DNA of 40,348 nucleotides from Halocafeteria seosinensis (GCA_001687465.1 LVLI01000154.1:124001-164348); one strand, 5' to 3'; positions 24,867 to 37,263 are shown, counted from the stretch's first letter. Notes: generated by a model not told the origin, from the letters alone. A program made the numbers and translations.

Positions 24867-25439
24867 CCAAACGTGCACGTGTGTTTTTCGCTATCTCTAT
24901 CGTTTGAGTGAAAACAATACTAGGTTACACTACTCCTGGTATCACGACACTGCTATGCTATTGTGCTGTGAAGTTACAGAGTGCGAAGTTCTGGCCAAAA
25001 AGGAAGCTAAGCTACTATGGACGGTAATGCGGGAGGTGACCATAATCAATTCACAGTGGTTTTATCAAGAACCAAACTCCTGCTATAAAGCTTAAGGGTG
25101 TATTAGTATTGATCCTGCGGGAAGTGAGAGAATCCTGGTACCATATGGTATTTCACCAGAGGCTCAGTAGACCATAGCGTCCCGTAGTGTCCACAGGATC
25201 GGAAAAATTCACCTGACACACGAAGCAGGTTCGTCATTAAGTTCGAATCACCTCCATCATAATATAGGTAATAAACGGGTACATTGGCCTTCGTCTCCAT
25301 CCAGTAACTACCATATCAGTTATTTCCATCCTCCACAGTCATCTTCCCACCCCTAACCTCCTGCTAGGGAGGATTCTGAAAACATGTCGATACTGTAGAG
25401 ATGCGTTCTCGCTGACAACTTCTGCTATTTTTCTTTGGA

Positions 25440-27359
25440 TTAATACGTTGAGAGCGATTGTAAGGCTAGCTTGTCTATCGACGTGCCTCCACTCCTCAGC
25501 AATCGAAGGGTGTCAACATCCAGGAAGACCAGGAGTGTGTCCTCAAACTCGGCTGCAAAATCCGCCAGTCTTTGCTGGTGCAAGGGAGACGCAATTTCAA
25601 CGGAATTTGTCGTAATAGGAAGAAAGCACACTCGCTTAGAGATATTGATGCTACATCCTTGGTCTTCGCTACTCCCTGTAGGAAACAAACTCTGTGCTGT
25701 AGTTGCAGCCAAGGGACGAATGCTACCCGCGATGACAGGAGAACGATCAAACAAATAATGTTCTGAACTCTTCAGTTGCGATGAGAAACCTGTGATATCC
25801 TCATTATCTTTACTAAAATAAAGCTCCGTGAAATCCGTATTCGTCAGGGATTCATGCAGCTTGCGACCAGCATCGGTGCTTCCAAGACTGCAATCAATCA
25901 ACACACCAAATAAGAGATACCACTGGGAGGTCTCCGTCAGCTTCGCCACACAAGCTTTTAAATCGTCACTCTGTTTCAGTGTTTGAAGACGGTTGACAGT
26001 TAAATCCAACAGATGGGGAGTGGCGAGCTCATGATGAGCAAACGTCCATAAGCCTTTACACAACGTCCCCTCGCGCAGATACTGAATGTTCCCACAATAC
26101 TCTTCAAAGACTTTGCGTAAGACATCCGTCGCAGGACGTTGATACAAACACGACAGCGTCAAGGAATTACCAATAGAATTTGGATCCAACAAGTAGGGGG
26201 CATTCACCACGGAATTACTGAACCAACTCAAAATCGAATCGATGTGTTCCCCGTTTTGAGCTAGTACTGTCCCCAGTTTTACTAGGTCTGCGAACTCTTG
26301 GGCGTTACTTTCTGTAGGTTCTGAAAAATAATTGGAGTCTTTCATCTTCTTCCTCAGGGAAGGCAGAAAGTATTGACTCGAATATCCAAATGTTGTGAAT
26401 AATCGGAGGATGTCCGCCATCCCTGCTGTAGAGAGATGGGAAATGAACCGAGCACCTTCTTTGTCAACCAATTCCATAATATTTTCAGAACGCTGATTGC
26501 CTAATACGAAAGCAACGGACACTCTTCGAAGGGTTTCAGCATCATGCTCCTGTGGTTCCTCCAACGCAGCATTTCTGAATCCTTTCCACAGGTCCTTATC
26601 TAGACAGCCACTAAAGGCTGTGGCTTCGCAGAGATGCAAGATCTCATTCTTAGATAGTTCACGTAATACAGGTTTCAACTGTAATAGACGCGCTAGTTGA
26701 TGAGCTATTTTTCCTCGAACCAGTCCAAAATGCCCGAGAGCTCCTATTGCTCTCACCAATGAAGGTACTGGCATGTTCAGCATGGTGGCTTGGGTATGTC
26801 TTTCAACAAGAAGTTGCAACTTTTGAGGCACCGGTCTTACGCGATTTATCGTCACCAGCGAGTGGGCAAGGGCAGCTATCATGCGTGGTTGGTGGCTACT
26901 CGTAGGTTGCTTGCGCTCTGCTTGCAGTGACTGCTCCAATTTCTCCATCAACAATGTCAAGCTTGATGTATCCGAGACATGAGCGACAGAGTGGTTAATG
27001 GCTTTGTGCGCTCGAGCCGCGATTAATGCTAACGTTTCCAAATTGAGACGGTACTTTCCGGACCTCCCCGCAAGCGTCATGATACTCTTGTGCAAATCAT
27101 CCCATGTCCTGGCTTTCAATATTTGGTTCCTCGCCCATTCATTATAGCGTTCGAGTCTGTTGCTTCGAGTCGGCGATGAGGAGGAAGGAGGGGAAGGAAC
27201 TTCTCTCTCTCCAGATGCGTACGATCTCGAATAACCCTTGGGTACTCCATGAACCAAGATGGGGGTCAATGGTCGCCCCAGGAATCCAAAACTCTGTGTA
27301 CTGGGTCTTACGAATGCTCTGCCGAAGGCACTACTGCCATGAATAAGTCCTAGGCGCAT
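25440..27359 (-). CDS. Putative mitochondrial helical-repeat RNA-binding protein (FASTK/RAP/HPR-like), 639 aa, intronless
   Basis: Arg/Ser-rich, acid-free presequence ending near RSYAS. Recurring roughly 37-aa helical units (MPVPSLVRAIGALGHFG, LSTAGMADILRLFTTFG, LREGTLCKGLWTFAHH). The family assignment is inferred. Confidence 0.6.
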   Translation of the reverse strand: MRLGLIHGSSAFGRAFVRPSTQSFGFLGRPLTPILVHGVPKGYSRSYASGEREVPSPPSSSSPTRSNRLERYNEWARNQILKARTWDDLHKSIMTLAGRSGKYRLNLETLALIAARAHKAINHSVAHVSDTSSLTLLMEKLEQSLQAERKQPTSSHQPRMIAALAHSLVTINRVRPVPQKLQLLVERHTQATMLNMPVPSLVRAIGALGHFGLVRGKIAHQLARLLQLKPVLRELSKNEILHLCEATAFSGCLDKDLWKGFRNAALEEPQEHDAETLRRVSVAFVLGNQRSENIMELVDKEGARFISHLSTAGMADILRLFTTFGYSSQYFLPSLRKKMKDSNYFSEPTESNAQEFADLVKLGTVLAQNGEHIDSILSWFSNSVVNAPYLLDPNSIGNSLTLSCLYQRPATDVLRKVFEEYCGNIQYLREGTLCKGLWTFAHHELATPHLLDLTVNRLQTLKQSDDLKACVAKLTETSQWYLLFGVLIDCSLGSTDAGRKLHESLTNTDFTELYFSKDNEDITGFSSQLKSSEHYLFDRSPVIAGSIRPLAATTAQSLFPTGSSEDQGCSINISKRVCFLPITTNSVEIASPLHQQRLADFAAEFEDTLLVFLDVDTLRLLRSGGTSIDKLALQSLSTY

Positions 27360-28095
27360 TATTCCCCCCTCTTAGGCCGATTAAAGCAAATCCAACGAAC
27401 AGAGGTATGCGTAGTTTTGATTTTCTATTGTATGGTACCAACAATCCTCGCTAAAATGCCTCTGTGTAGCACGTAAATGGCTTGTGAAGATGCTCACATT
27501 TGTGGCTTTGTGAAGGTGTGTTTTCACGGTGAGTTTAAAAATTTCACCGCGTACATGTAATGGTCTGTAACTCCTGGTTCTACCCACTAGCACCATCAGC
27601 GACTGTACGTATAACAAAATAAGGGGTCTTTCAGGTGCAACGTATTCAACGTCAAGTATTATATTTGAACTCTTCTGTGACTTGTGATAAGTGGCAGAAC
27701 TCTTTGAGAAGTGAAAAAACTTGCACACAGTGTAACAATTGTACAAGTACAACTACCAGGTACACATATATTGCCAGATTCTGGGAGAAGTTCCGTCCCG
27801 CTATTGATAGTCTTGAACACAGCGTCCATAAAATGCTTGTGACAATGAAGATTACGAAATGCTTGTATTGAAATGGTTTCCTATGACCTGGGTACAAACT
27901 TCCCTGGTAGCTCCACCTAGTCCTAAGTTGAGGGGCGCTAAGCTAACGTCTTCACAAGTTCCTCCCACGAATCTGCCCCACGTTCCATTGTTGCTTGTTT
28001 TGCCGGCGGATTGTCTGCGCACGTTGTGGTTAGTCTATTCTCTCTTGTCCCTCTGTTGTGTTGCCGAGTATTCACTCCATTCACGGTGGAGGAAG

Positions 28096-30250
28096 ATGCA
28101 CTTCAACATGGTAGTTGGAGCTCCATCGAGGGTATTCACTTCACTTATTGCCTTCCTGGTCTGGGCGACAGTGTCAAATGCTTTGGGACAAGATCGGGGA
28201 GGTCTGCGACGAACTGGATTGGAAGCTGATCGAGCACTGCCAACTGCGTCGGAGAGGAAAGGGATCCGAGTCGACCCACCATCACAGAAATTCGTGGATG
28301 AGACAGGACGAGTAGTTATTTTCCATGGGTAGGTCACCTTTCCTTCCATCAGGGACTTATTTACAACGATGGGGAGTATACTTACTTAATCCGCTCGTTC
28401 ATTGCAGCATGAACGCCGTATACAAAGTGGCCCCGTTTCATCCGCAATTCGAAGGATTCAATGCCAGTAGTTCCTTATCAGACGTAGATATGAAGAACTT
28501 GCAAAAATGGTAAGGCAATCTCCGCTGTGATTCTCAATGAAAGTGTGCTGTGCTTAATACTGTGGTCTCCAGGGGCATGAACATGCTACGAGTAGGGGTC
28601 CTGTGGGAAGCTGTAGAACCATCAAAGAATCAACCGAATACGACATATCTCAACGAGATGAGGGCTTTGATTGATCGACTAGGCCAGTACGGCATTTATA
28701 GCATAGTAGATGCTCATCAAGACCTGTTTAGTCGAAGATTCTGTGGCGAAGGAGCACCAGATTGGGTGGTGGACAGTGGTAATCTACCTCAGGAGTATCA
28801 ATTTCCGTTTCCAATTCCCGTGAATCTGACGAAGAACTCGAGGGGCTACCCTAATTTGTCGCAATGTGTCAAAGACCTATTCTTCCCTTACTGGAACGCT
28901 GCTCTTGAGCTAGAGGTTGCGTGGGGAAATTTCTATAAAAGTAATGAGAGCACTTTGGCGTTTGCTCGCCACTGGTCTCGAGTAGCAGGTACGCCATCTC
29001 CGTTCATCAAGATGGATAATTCTGCTTTTATCATGCTTTGTTCCCTTCCCTGGGTTTCGCAGCTGCCATGAATACAAGTGAATATGTACTCGGGTATGAG
29101 TTGCTAAATGGTATGTGGGACGAACTGTTGCATTGGTGCAATGGTATGTAGTTTAGTGATGTGGTGAACTCAACAGAGCCATGGCCTTCAAACATTTACA
29201 ACGACCCCTTGTTCCCGCTCATTCCTGGCTTAGCTGATAAACAAAACTTGGCACCCTTGTACGAGCAAATTTACACCGCTTTGAGGAAATATGACCCGAA
29301 TCACATAGTGTTTTACGGTAAGTTAACTGCTTGGGTGATCTTTGAGTGGCGGAAGGTGTACCTTGACAATGGAGTGGTGACACCGCAGAGCCGACGGTAA
29401 CAGAATCATACCTCTTACAGCCTCCCGGCTTCAAGTCTGGACCTGGGGGCGAAGGAGATAACGATAAACAAGCATATGCATATCACATGTATTGTTTGGA
29501 CCTGAACCAGACCACCGGTAATGTGGTGAATGCAACCAAGGTAAGTTACAAGTGAATCTCATGGTGTGGTTAATGTTCTCCTTACCTTTCCCCAATTCTT
29601 TGTTGGTTTACTACAGTGTGACGAGCTGCTAAACTATAATTGGGGTATAGCAAGTAATGCCACAAAACAACTAGGTGGAGGGCACTTTATTACCGAGTTC
29701 GGTGGCGTTGGAGAAGGATCGACTTCGATTGAAGCGATGAACACGCTCCTTGACTTGGCAGACACTATGTTAGAATCATGGTATGAGAAAGAACGCAATT
29801 GATTCACATACCCGTTCAATTACAACTAGTGGTTTCGATGGATACAGGTCCTATTGGACTTTCAAGCATTTCGGTGACTATACTACACAGGACCCTGTCT
29901 CCGAGACATTGTACTGTGACGATGGTAGTCTTCAAATGAAAAAGCTTAAGACACTCTCAAGAACATATGCTCAGAAGATTGCTGGTATTCCAGATACTAT
30001 AAAAATGCATTTTGCTCACAATTCGTCGAGCAAGGAATTCACCCTAAACTACGAGATCAATCCGAAAGCGAGTATCCAAGAGACAGTTGTGTACTACAAT
30101 GCCGAACTGCATTACCCGAATGGCCACAACGCGAATATAACGCCTTCTGGTTCAGCGAAAGTGGTGCCGGGGGATGTGAAAAACACATTGCTCATCAAGC
30201 ATAGCGCAGGGGCAACTGGCCAACTTCAGTTTCATCTAGAAGCAAAATAA
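28096..30250 (+). CDS. Secreted GH5 endoglycoceramidase-like glycosidase, copy A; exons 28096-28328, 28408-28509, 28573-28988, 29063-29110, 29177-29317, 29389-29540, 29617-29780, 29848-30250
   Basis: Signal peptide, FVDETGRVVIFHGMNAVYK, GMNMLRVGVLWEAVEP, VDAHQDLFSRRFCGEGAPDW, acid/base GYELLNEPW, nucleophile FITEFG, and LSRTYAQKIAG leading into the C-terminal beta domain. Confidence 0.92.
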
Positions 30251-30514
30251 ACCAACGCTCCTCGCAAAAAGTCGTACTTGTAGCTTGTGGAACACAATGG
30301 GAACAATGCTCCGCAACAGTTCTGCCTATAAAATTACTCAAAACCTGTGTAGCGAAAATTCAGAAACTTGACTTCCACCACACTGTGGTGACCACAGTCA
30401 GGACGGGCCTTCAGTGCCGTAGACTCGAGGTTGAAGTTTGCCCTAGAAGTTTGCATATTGCCGTCTTGTTGATACGGTGACCGTGCACATGTACAAGAAT
30501 GACCTTGTTTCATT

Positions 30515-32695
30515 ATGTTGAGAATGAACCCTGGTGCGCAGCAGGCGAAATGGCTGCTCCTGCTCCTCGGAGCCATCTGGGCAGGGTGCTTCACAAGTGC
30601 GGCGTACGCATTCGAGGATGTTTGGACACAGAGAGCAAGAGGGGGTCTTCGCCGATCCTCTTTCACAGCCGATGGACTCTCCATTCCAGACCCGTCCGAG
30701 CGAAAGGGGATTCGAGTGGACCCGACATCGCAAAAATTCGTAGATGAAACAGGACGGGTGATAGTGTTTCACGGGTAAGCTGGCTTGGAAACTACGTCTC
30801 CTTCATTAAGCGTAGCGAGTAATTTTCTTGGATTATTTCTCCCCCACTATTTTGCAGTTTGAATGCCGTATATAAATTGCCGCCATTTCACCCGCAGTTT
30901 GAAGGATTCAATGTTAGTAGTTCCCTCTCCGAGATTGACATGAAGAACTTGCGCAAGTGGTAAGCTTACAAGAAGCTACTAGAGAAAAATGATGTGTACC
31001 ACTCAAGCTAGCGTAATTGGCTTTTTTTTTCAGGGGCATGAATATGTTGCGTCTAGGAGTTCTGTGGGAAGCAGTGGAGCCCCACAAAAATGAACCGAAT
31101 ACCACTTATCTGAACCAGATGACAGACCTGATTGACCGATTGGGCCAGTATGGAATCTACAGTATTGTGGATGCACACCAGGATTTATTCAGCCGCAGGT
31201 TCTGCGGCGAAGGTACTCCTGATTGGGCTGTAGACAGTGGCAATCTCCCCGAGCAATACCGTTTCCCGTTTCCGATTCCTGTCAATCTTACCAAGGACTC
31301 GAATGGCTTTCCCAACCTGACGCAATGTGTGCAAGACCTCCCGTTTTCCTACTGGGATATCGCTCTCGAACTAGAAACTGCATGGGGCAACTTCTATAAG
31401 AATAATGAAAGTATTTCCGCATTTGCACGCTATTGGTCTGAAGTGGCAGGTATGTCTCTTCGTGGCTTAATTCTTTAGTGCACGGTCTATGGCATTGTAT
31501 TGTTGACAGCTGCTATGAACGCAAGCGAATATGTTCTCGGATATGAATTGCTAAATGGTACGTGCTTACGAGGGATGAGTACTCTCTTAAATCCATTGTA
31601 GTGGGCTGGCAAAACAACCGCAGAACCGTGGCCCTCAAACATCTACAAGGACCCGCTGTTTCCTCTGATCCCTGGCTTAGCGGATAAGCAGAATCTAGCA
31701 CCTTTGTACGATCAACTGTATACTGCTATAAGACGAAACGACCCGAATCATATTGTATTTTACGGTAAGTGGTCAATAATAGCTTCCCTTCGTGACGGTG
31801 GAGGCATCACAACGCACTTGCTCCGCACGCAGAGCCAACGATCACAGAATCATCTCTCTTACAATCGCCTGGTTTCAAGCATGGCCCTGGAGGCTCCGAA
31901 GACAACGATAAGCAGGCATATGCCTATCATATGTATTGCCTAGGTGTCAACAAGACTGGCAATGTAGGAAATGCCACGGTGGTAAGATATCATGTGGATG
32001 TTGTCAGCGTAGTACCCCTACAAGTAGGGTTTCTTGTGTACGTCTACATCCACAGTGCGATGCGCAACTCAATTATAACTGGGAAATTGCCAGGAATGCC
32101 ACCCAAAGGCTGGGAGGGGGGCATTTCATTACTGAATTCGGTGCAGTCGGACAAGCTCCAGCCTCAATACAGACCATGAACACACTACTTGACTTGGCTG
32201 ACACTGCTTTAGAATCATGGTAGGGTTCGAACACATGACCGTGTGGCTGCTTGTTTGGCGAAGGAACTGTGTACTTTGAAATTTTGCAGGTCGTATTGGA
32301 CGTTCAAACATTTTGCTGACTATACGACACAGGATCCTGCGTCGGAAACTCTGTACCATGACAATGGTACTCTTCAAATGGAGAAACTCAAAACGCTTTC
32401 CAGGACTTACGCCCAAAAAATTGCTGGCATTCCCGATACGATATACATGCACTTTGCTCATAACTCATCAACCAAAGAGTTCAATCTGAGTTACGAAATC
32501 AACCCCAAGGCAACTGTCCAAGAAACTGTGGTATACTACAATTCCGAACTGCACTATCCTAGAGGCTACAGCGCAAATGTGACTCCTCCCGGTATAGCGA
32601 AGGTGGTACCAGGAGACGTGGAAAACAGGTTGCTGATTGAGCACAGCCCAGGATCCACCGGACGTATTCAGTTTCGACTTGTAGCCACACAGTAG
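30515..32695 (+). CDS. Secreted GH5 endoglycoceramidase-like glycosidase, copy B; exons 30515-30774, 30858-30959, 31034-31449, 31510-31557, 31624-31764, 31833-31981, 32056-32219, 32290-32695
   Basis: Same motifs as copy A, with NEP and TEFG intact and seven introns at identical positions and phases. Confidence 0.92.
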
Positions 32696-32749
32696 GGGTA
32701 GGCTGCGGCGCTATAGTGGGTACTCCCTAATGAAGCTCTATTCTCCAAA

Positions 32750-35700
32750 TCAGGAGCCTGCCATACTTTCGGCTAGCAGATCATTAAGCTTTCTCCGATG
32801 TCTTAGCGAAAATTCGGCAAAGCGCTGCTTGTTAGAGTTGAGATGTGCGTTACCCGACATCCCCGACTTGGAGGGCTTAGACTTCCTGGTATGACTCTCT
32901 CCGAGTTGTCGAAGATATTGACTCTGCTTCCTTGCTTCCATGCGTTTCTCTTCTCTGTGTAATTTGGGAGCGAGTTGACTCGAATGATAAAGCATCTTGT
33001 CCGTCGGGGTTTGAGAGGTAGACTTCTGACTCTCGTGTGCACCGGTATCCCTCGAGCTTGAAGAAGTTTGCGCTCCAAAGTTGTCAATCCAGTTCGCTTG
33101 TTCAGGAGGCATACTGAAGTCAACCGGGGAATATTGGAGCTCCTGATCTGGGAATGATGTATAATTACTCTCCGGTTTGTAGGACAACTTGGCATAAGCT
33201 ATTCTAGCCTCGTGTAGTTGGCATACGTTTTTCTCCCTGGTATGGAATGCGAGTCCCATTAGAGCCCTTTGAAGTTTACTTATCCTCGACAAACACAATG
33301 TAACCTGCTGTTTCCCACGAAGGTATTGTTCCTTCTTAAGGCGTTTCACCTTTACTTCGTTAGGATTAATAGACTGGGCCTTCCCTGTTTTCATGTTGAA
33401 GTACTTTGCTTCGTTTCCGGAAGAGTCTTGTTCAGAGTCTAGGTCACTCTTGGGCTCAATGGCGATAATCCAATATGGAGGCAAATTATCTTTGAGCGTT
33501 TCATGTCTCATTAGACGGTACCAACGTGAGAACTGCTGACGGAATTCAGCGATGACTCGATACTTCAGGTTTTCATTGGCTGCAATAAACTCGCGAATAT
33601 TCTCCTCATCTGTCAGCGAAGAGTGCTGTTTTTTCTCAACAACGTTGAATTGTTTCCTTGCCTCTTCAAATAGTAGCCGACGTTTTTTTCTATGGGTCAC
33701 CCGTTGTCTTTGCTTAAAGTGTGCGTACTCCTTGAGCATGGGTATTCGACGTGCAAAGCGTTGTAAACACGATGCTGCACGTTCGTGTTTGTCGTTGAGA
33801 TTCCGTTTCTTGCCTTTCCTGACTAATGACAATTGGTACCATCTAGAGTATTCCTTGTTTTTGTTCCAGTAGTCTTTTTCCTGCCTCGCATGCTTTTGCC
33901 TTCTCCAGAATCGAAATATTTTGAGGGCGCAAACTTTCCTCCTAAGCTCAATAGACAACTTCTTTCGAATGCTCCTGTCAACTCGTATTCGCAATAGCCA
34001 TGAGCGGACACACCTCTGTAGTCTAGTAGCGGCATCCACTCTCCAACGGTACTCGCGACTCTCATCGATGTTGCCGAACAGAGTGGGTTTGGCGTACGTG
34101 GCTGCAGCGGGAGCTTCTGACCGTATTGGAGTATCCGCTCTCCCGTATTGTGAGGCCAATGTACTTTCCACTTCGTTCAGCGCTTCGAGCGTGTGCTCCA
34201 AAGTGCTGTCATTTGAAGAAGGTTCGCCATGATAACTCATCTTTCGTTCTTCCTCCGATTCGATTGTAACGCTAAGCTCCTCCGCAATAGACTCCCAGTA
34301 CTTGGCTCCTCTTTCAGAGTCGGCAGCCTGCCTATAATACCCCCGGTCGTCTGATGACGAATTGTCGTCTACTTCATCGTCCTCGGAAGTCGAACCTTCA
34401 GAATCTTGGTCAGCATCAGAGCGGCTCTTACTTTCGTCAACATACAAGGATTTAGAGGCGTACTCCCATGCATTATCTACGGAACAAAATAGACCAGCAT
34501 TTGGCAATCCACCTACAGAATTTGTGTCGGCGACACTTTCCTCTCGAAACTGCAATTTGATTGGTGAGGTTACAAAGTGAGAAGCGGTCTCCCAACGGTC
34601 GCTACTGGAGTCCAAAGAAAGCGACAAATGAGCCACTGGATCGCCCATTACTGCTTCGTGTTCGGACTGTATCTTTTCGGCCCCAGATATATCCTCTTTT
34701 GACTTCACTGACTTTTTCCTTTTCTCAATTAGGTTGAGAATTTCAGAACGGACATTATTTACATTTGACGAAATCTCTGAGGATGAGGAAGGATTTGTTC
34801 CGTTCTTAGTGCGCCGTTCCTCCATGCGTCTTCTAAGCCGAGCCTTTCGTTCCTCCAGTTCCGCCTCTGTCATAACCGTTCTCTTCCGAGGCACTGTAGC
34901 GATAGCTCCGGACTCCACTCCGTCATCCGGAGAACTGGGGGTATCCTCCTTAATTAATTTCGCGAGTCGCTCGTCAAACGCTACAGAACCAGCATTGAGA
35001 GCAACCCTCAATGCGTCTATGGCATCCTTTTGTAATTCCTGAATCGGACGCTGTGTTAGATGTCCATTCAGGCTTGCTAGAGAGTTACTGATATCGCTGT
35101 TACCTTGGAGTCTGGAAACAAGCGTTTCGATTAACAATTTTGTTTGTCTGTGCAACTTATGCAGCTGTGCATCTAAGCCATCAGTGCTCCCATCAACTGC
35201 TGAAATGCAATCAATGAAACTGCCTATGTATAAAAGCCACTCTCTAGAGTTGAAGGGGTACGCGAATTGTGGTACCCCAAGTGGCCATCCGACCAAGTGC
35301 CGAATCTCTTCTCCCGTGGGTGCCCCGTCGACGTAGTTACTATCCTGGATAACAGATTTTCGGAATGCCTGTAGGAGACCCATCAAATAGTTCTTGCCCG
35401 ATAGGGCGAACGTTTGTTCCACGTCATCGACTGTTGAATATCCTAAACCTTGAATGCATCTCACCAGGTGGAATTCATTGGCTGAACGGAAAAATTAGTG
35501 CATTCATGGCGGCAACAATGGTATCTTGAGTCATATTGCTCACCTCGGTGTTCCTTTTCAGCCCTGGCCATCGCTTCCAAAATGTCCATAATTCCGGGGA
35601 CTACTTCGCTCGAGTGGCTCTCCGTGTCTTTGATCATCTGGTTGATCGAATAACAGACATAACGTGACAACGCGGTAGAAGCCTCTAATGTTTCTCTTAC

Positions 35701-36372
35701 CTCATAAAGGGAAAGGTTGGTTACAAATCTCCTATGGAAACTCGCAAGGAGCTCTGTAATTGGGTGTTCAACCACGGGGGGATTGTCTTCCTTCTTCTGG
35801 ATGTTACTACTGCTTGTCGGACTTGATTCTTCATCCTTCGTTCTATTCTTGTTCAATTGATAGACATGCTTCAACGTTCTTAGTTTGTTTAGGCTTTTTG
35901 AGTTTTGGGGCGACGATTGCTTCTTCTTTTTCTTGCGTTTTTGTTGTGGTTGCTGATAGTCCGAGACGTGCTTCGTTTCTGTGGTCAAGGGAGAGGGCGG
36001 AACCCTGTCAATGTCACGGATCCAACCAAACGTTCTTTCCTCCACTTCCTCGGTGGTTAACTGCCTCTCGAAGTCATCTTCTATCGGTTGGAATGCTATA
36101 TTACTCTCGGAGAGCTTCTGGGCCACAGGGGACTGGGGAGCGTAGATTAGCTGCGGTTTCGATTTCTTACCCCGTTTTGAAGTCTCCTTGCTTCTCTTTA
36201 GTTTCGCAATTTGTTTCTGTTTCTGTTCTATACCTTTCGTTTTTTCTTCAATGGCCGCATCTAAGAGCTCATCAGCGCTTGGATTCTTCGAGCTAGGTGG
36301 TGGTTGTTTATGGGCATCTCGCTCTTGCACAATTGCGGCACCCAGAGAGGAGAATGAGGATTTCTTGAACAT
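32750..36372 (-). CDS. Hypothetical coiled-coil protein with IQ calmodulin-binding-like motifs and a WW-like segment; exons 36372-35544, 35481-32750
   Basis: The 303-aa and 904-aa ORFs join through a 62-nt GTGAGC...CAG intron. IQ-like motifs: AATRLQRCVRSWLLR, ALKIFRFWRR, AASCLQRFARR. WW-like: LPPYW...KYFNMKTGKAQSINP. Confidence 0.75.
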
Positions 36373-37263
36373 TATTAGGTCATCTAAAACGGCTAGGACC
36401 TATCACCTGATAAAGTATAACCAGTGAGATAAGGACTAAATAGTAAGCATGATTATCATTCCAGGAAAGAGTGTCCTTTGCTCTTGCTTGTGGCTCAGTT
36501 CAAATGCACTCTTTCAGATAGCAGCAATAGTCTTTAGCTTCCCTCCTGATCTTGCCTTATATATCACTAAATAAACATTTTCCAAAAAAGAGCATGAATA
36601 TTTGCAAAACGGCGGAATATCTACATGATGGGAGATGTTCATGCCAGTTCATGGTCAGTTGTAGTTGTGAAGATTGTCTCAGCAAGAAACTGTGTGGAAT
36701 CCACTGTGGATGCAGCTACACAAACACTTCCGAGTTGTAGTGTTTTCTCGACAAGTGGGCTAACAACTAGAGAAACTCTCCCACGTTCTGGCCATAAGCC
36801 ATTTTGCCATGTGTGGAAATTTCACTGAGAAGCTTTGCTTATGTGTTTCAACTTGACACTGCCGGACAACAAACAGGGAAGAATACAAGTGAAAGGAGGA
36901 ACAAGACAGGAAATCTATGGGTCTATGTAGGCACAACGCTTCATCAATTGTCCGTGCAAGGTTAGTTCTTCTATGTGCAGAGCTATGGATGTCAGTAGGT
37001 GGTGCTTGGCTACCAGACAGCAAATAGAGGAAGTGTAGATTCAAGCGTATACAGATGAAAGGAGAGCTATCCATTGCTCAAAGCGAATCTGACTAAAACC
37101 GCCGCTAACTCAACGGTATTAGCACAGTTCTTAGCCATTCGAAAAAAGTAAGTTGCTTCCTGTGAAGTAGAATGCAGGCTTACCAGTAGTGAGCAACTGG
37201 CTATGTGCTCATGCCTAAGTGTGGGGTGATGCCTGTTGGAGCTTAAGGTCACGTGTGGAGGAA

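Noticed and set aside
25225..25260. GTTCGAATC resembling a tRNA T-loop
   Set aside because: No T-stem, acceptor stem or cloverleaf can be formed.
2084..35543. Uniform short introns as possible introner elements
   Set aside because: I see no shared sequence, terminal inverted repeats or target-site duplications among the introns, even between the GH5 paralogues.
4332..36372. Apparent frameshifts and fragmented ORFs across many genes
   Set aside because: All are resolved by canonical 60-83 nt GT-AG introns with compatible phases, so they are not pseudogenes or programmed frameshifts.
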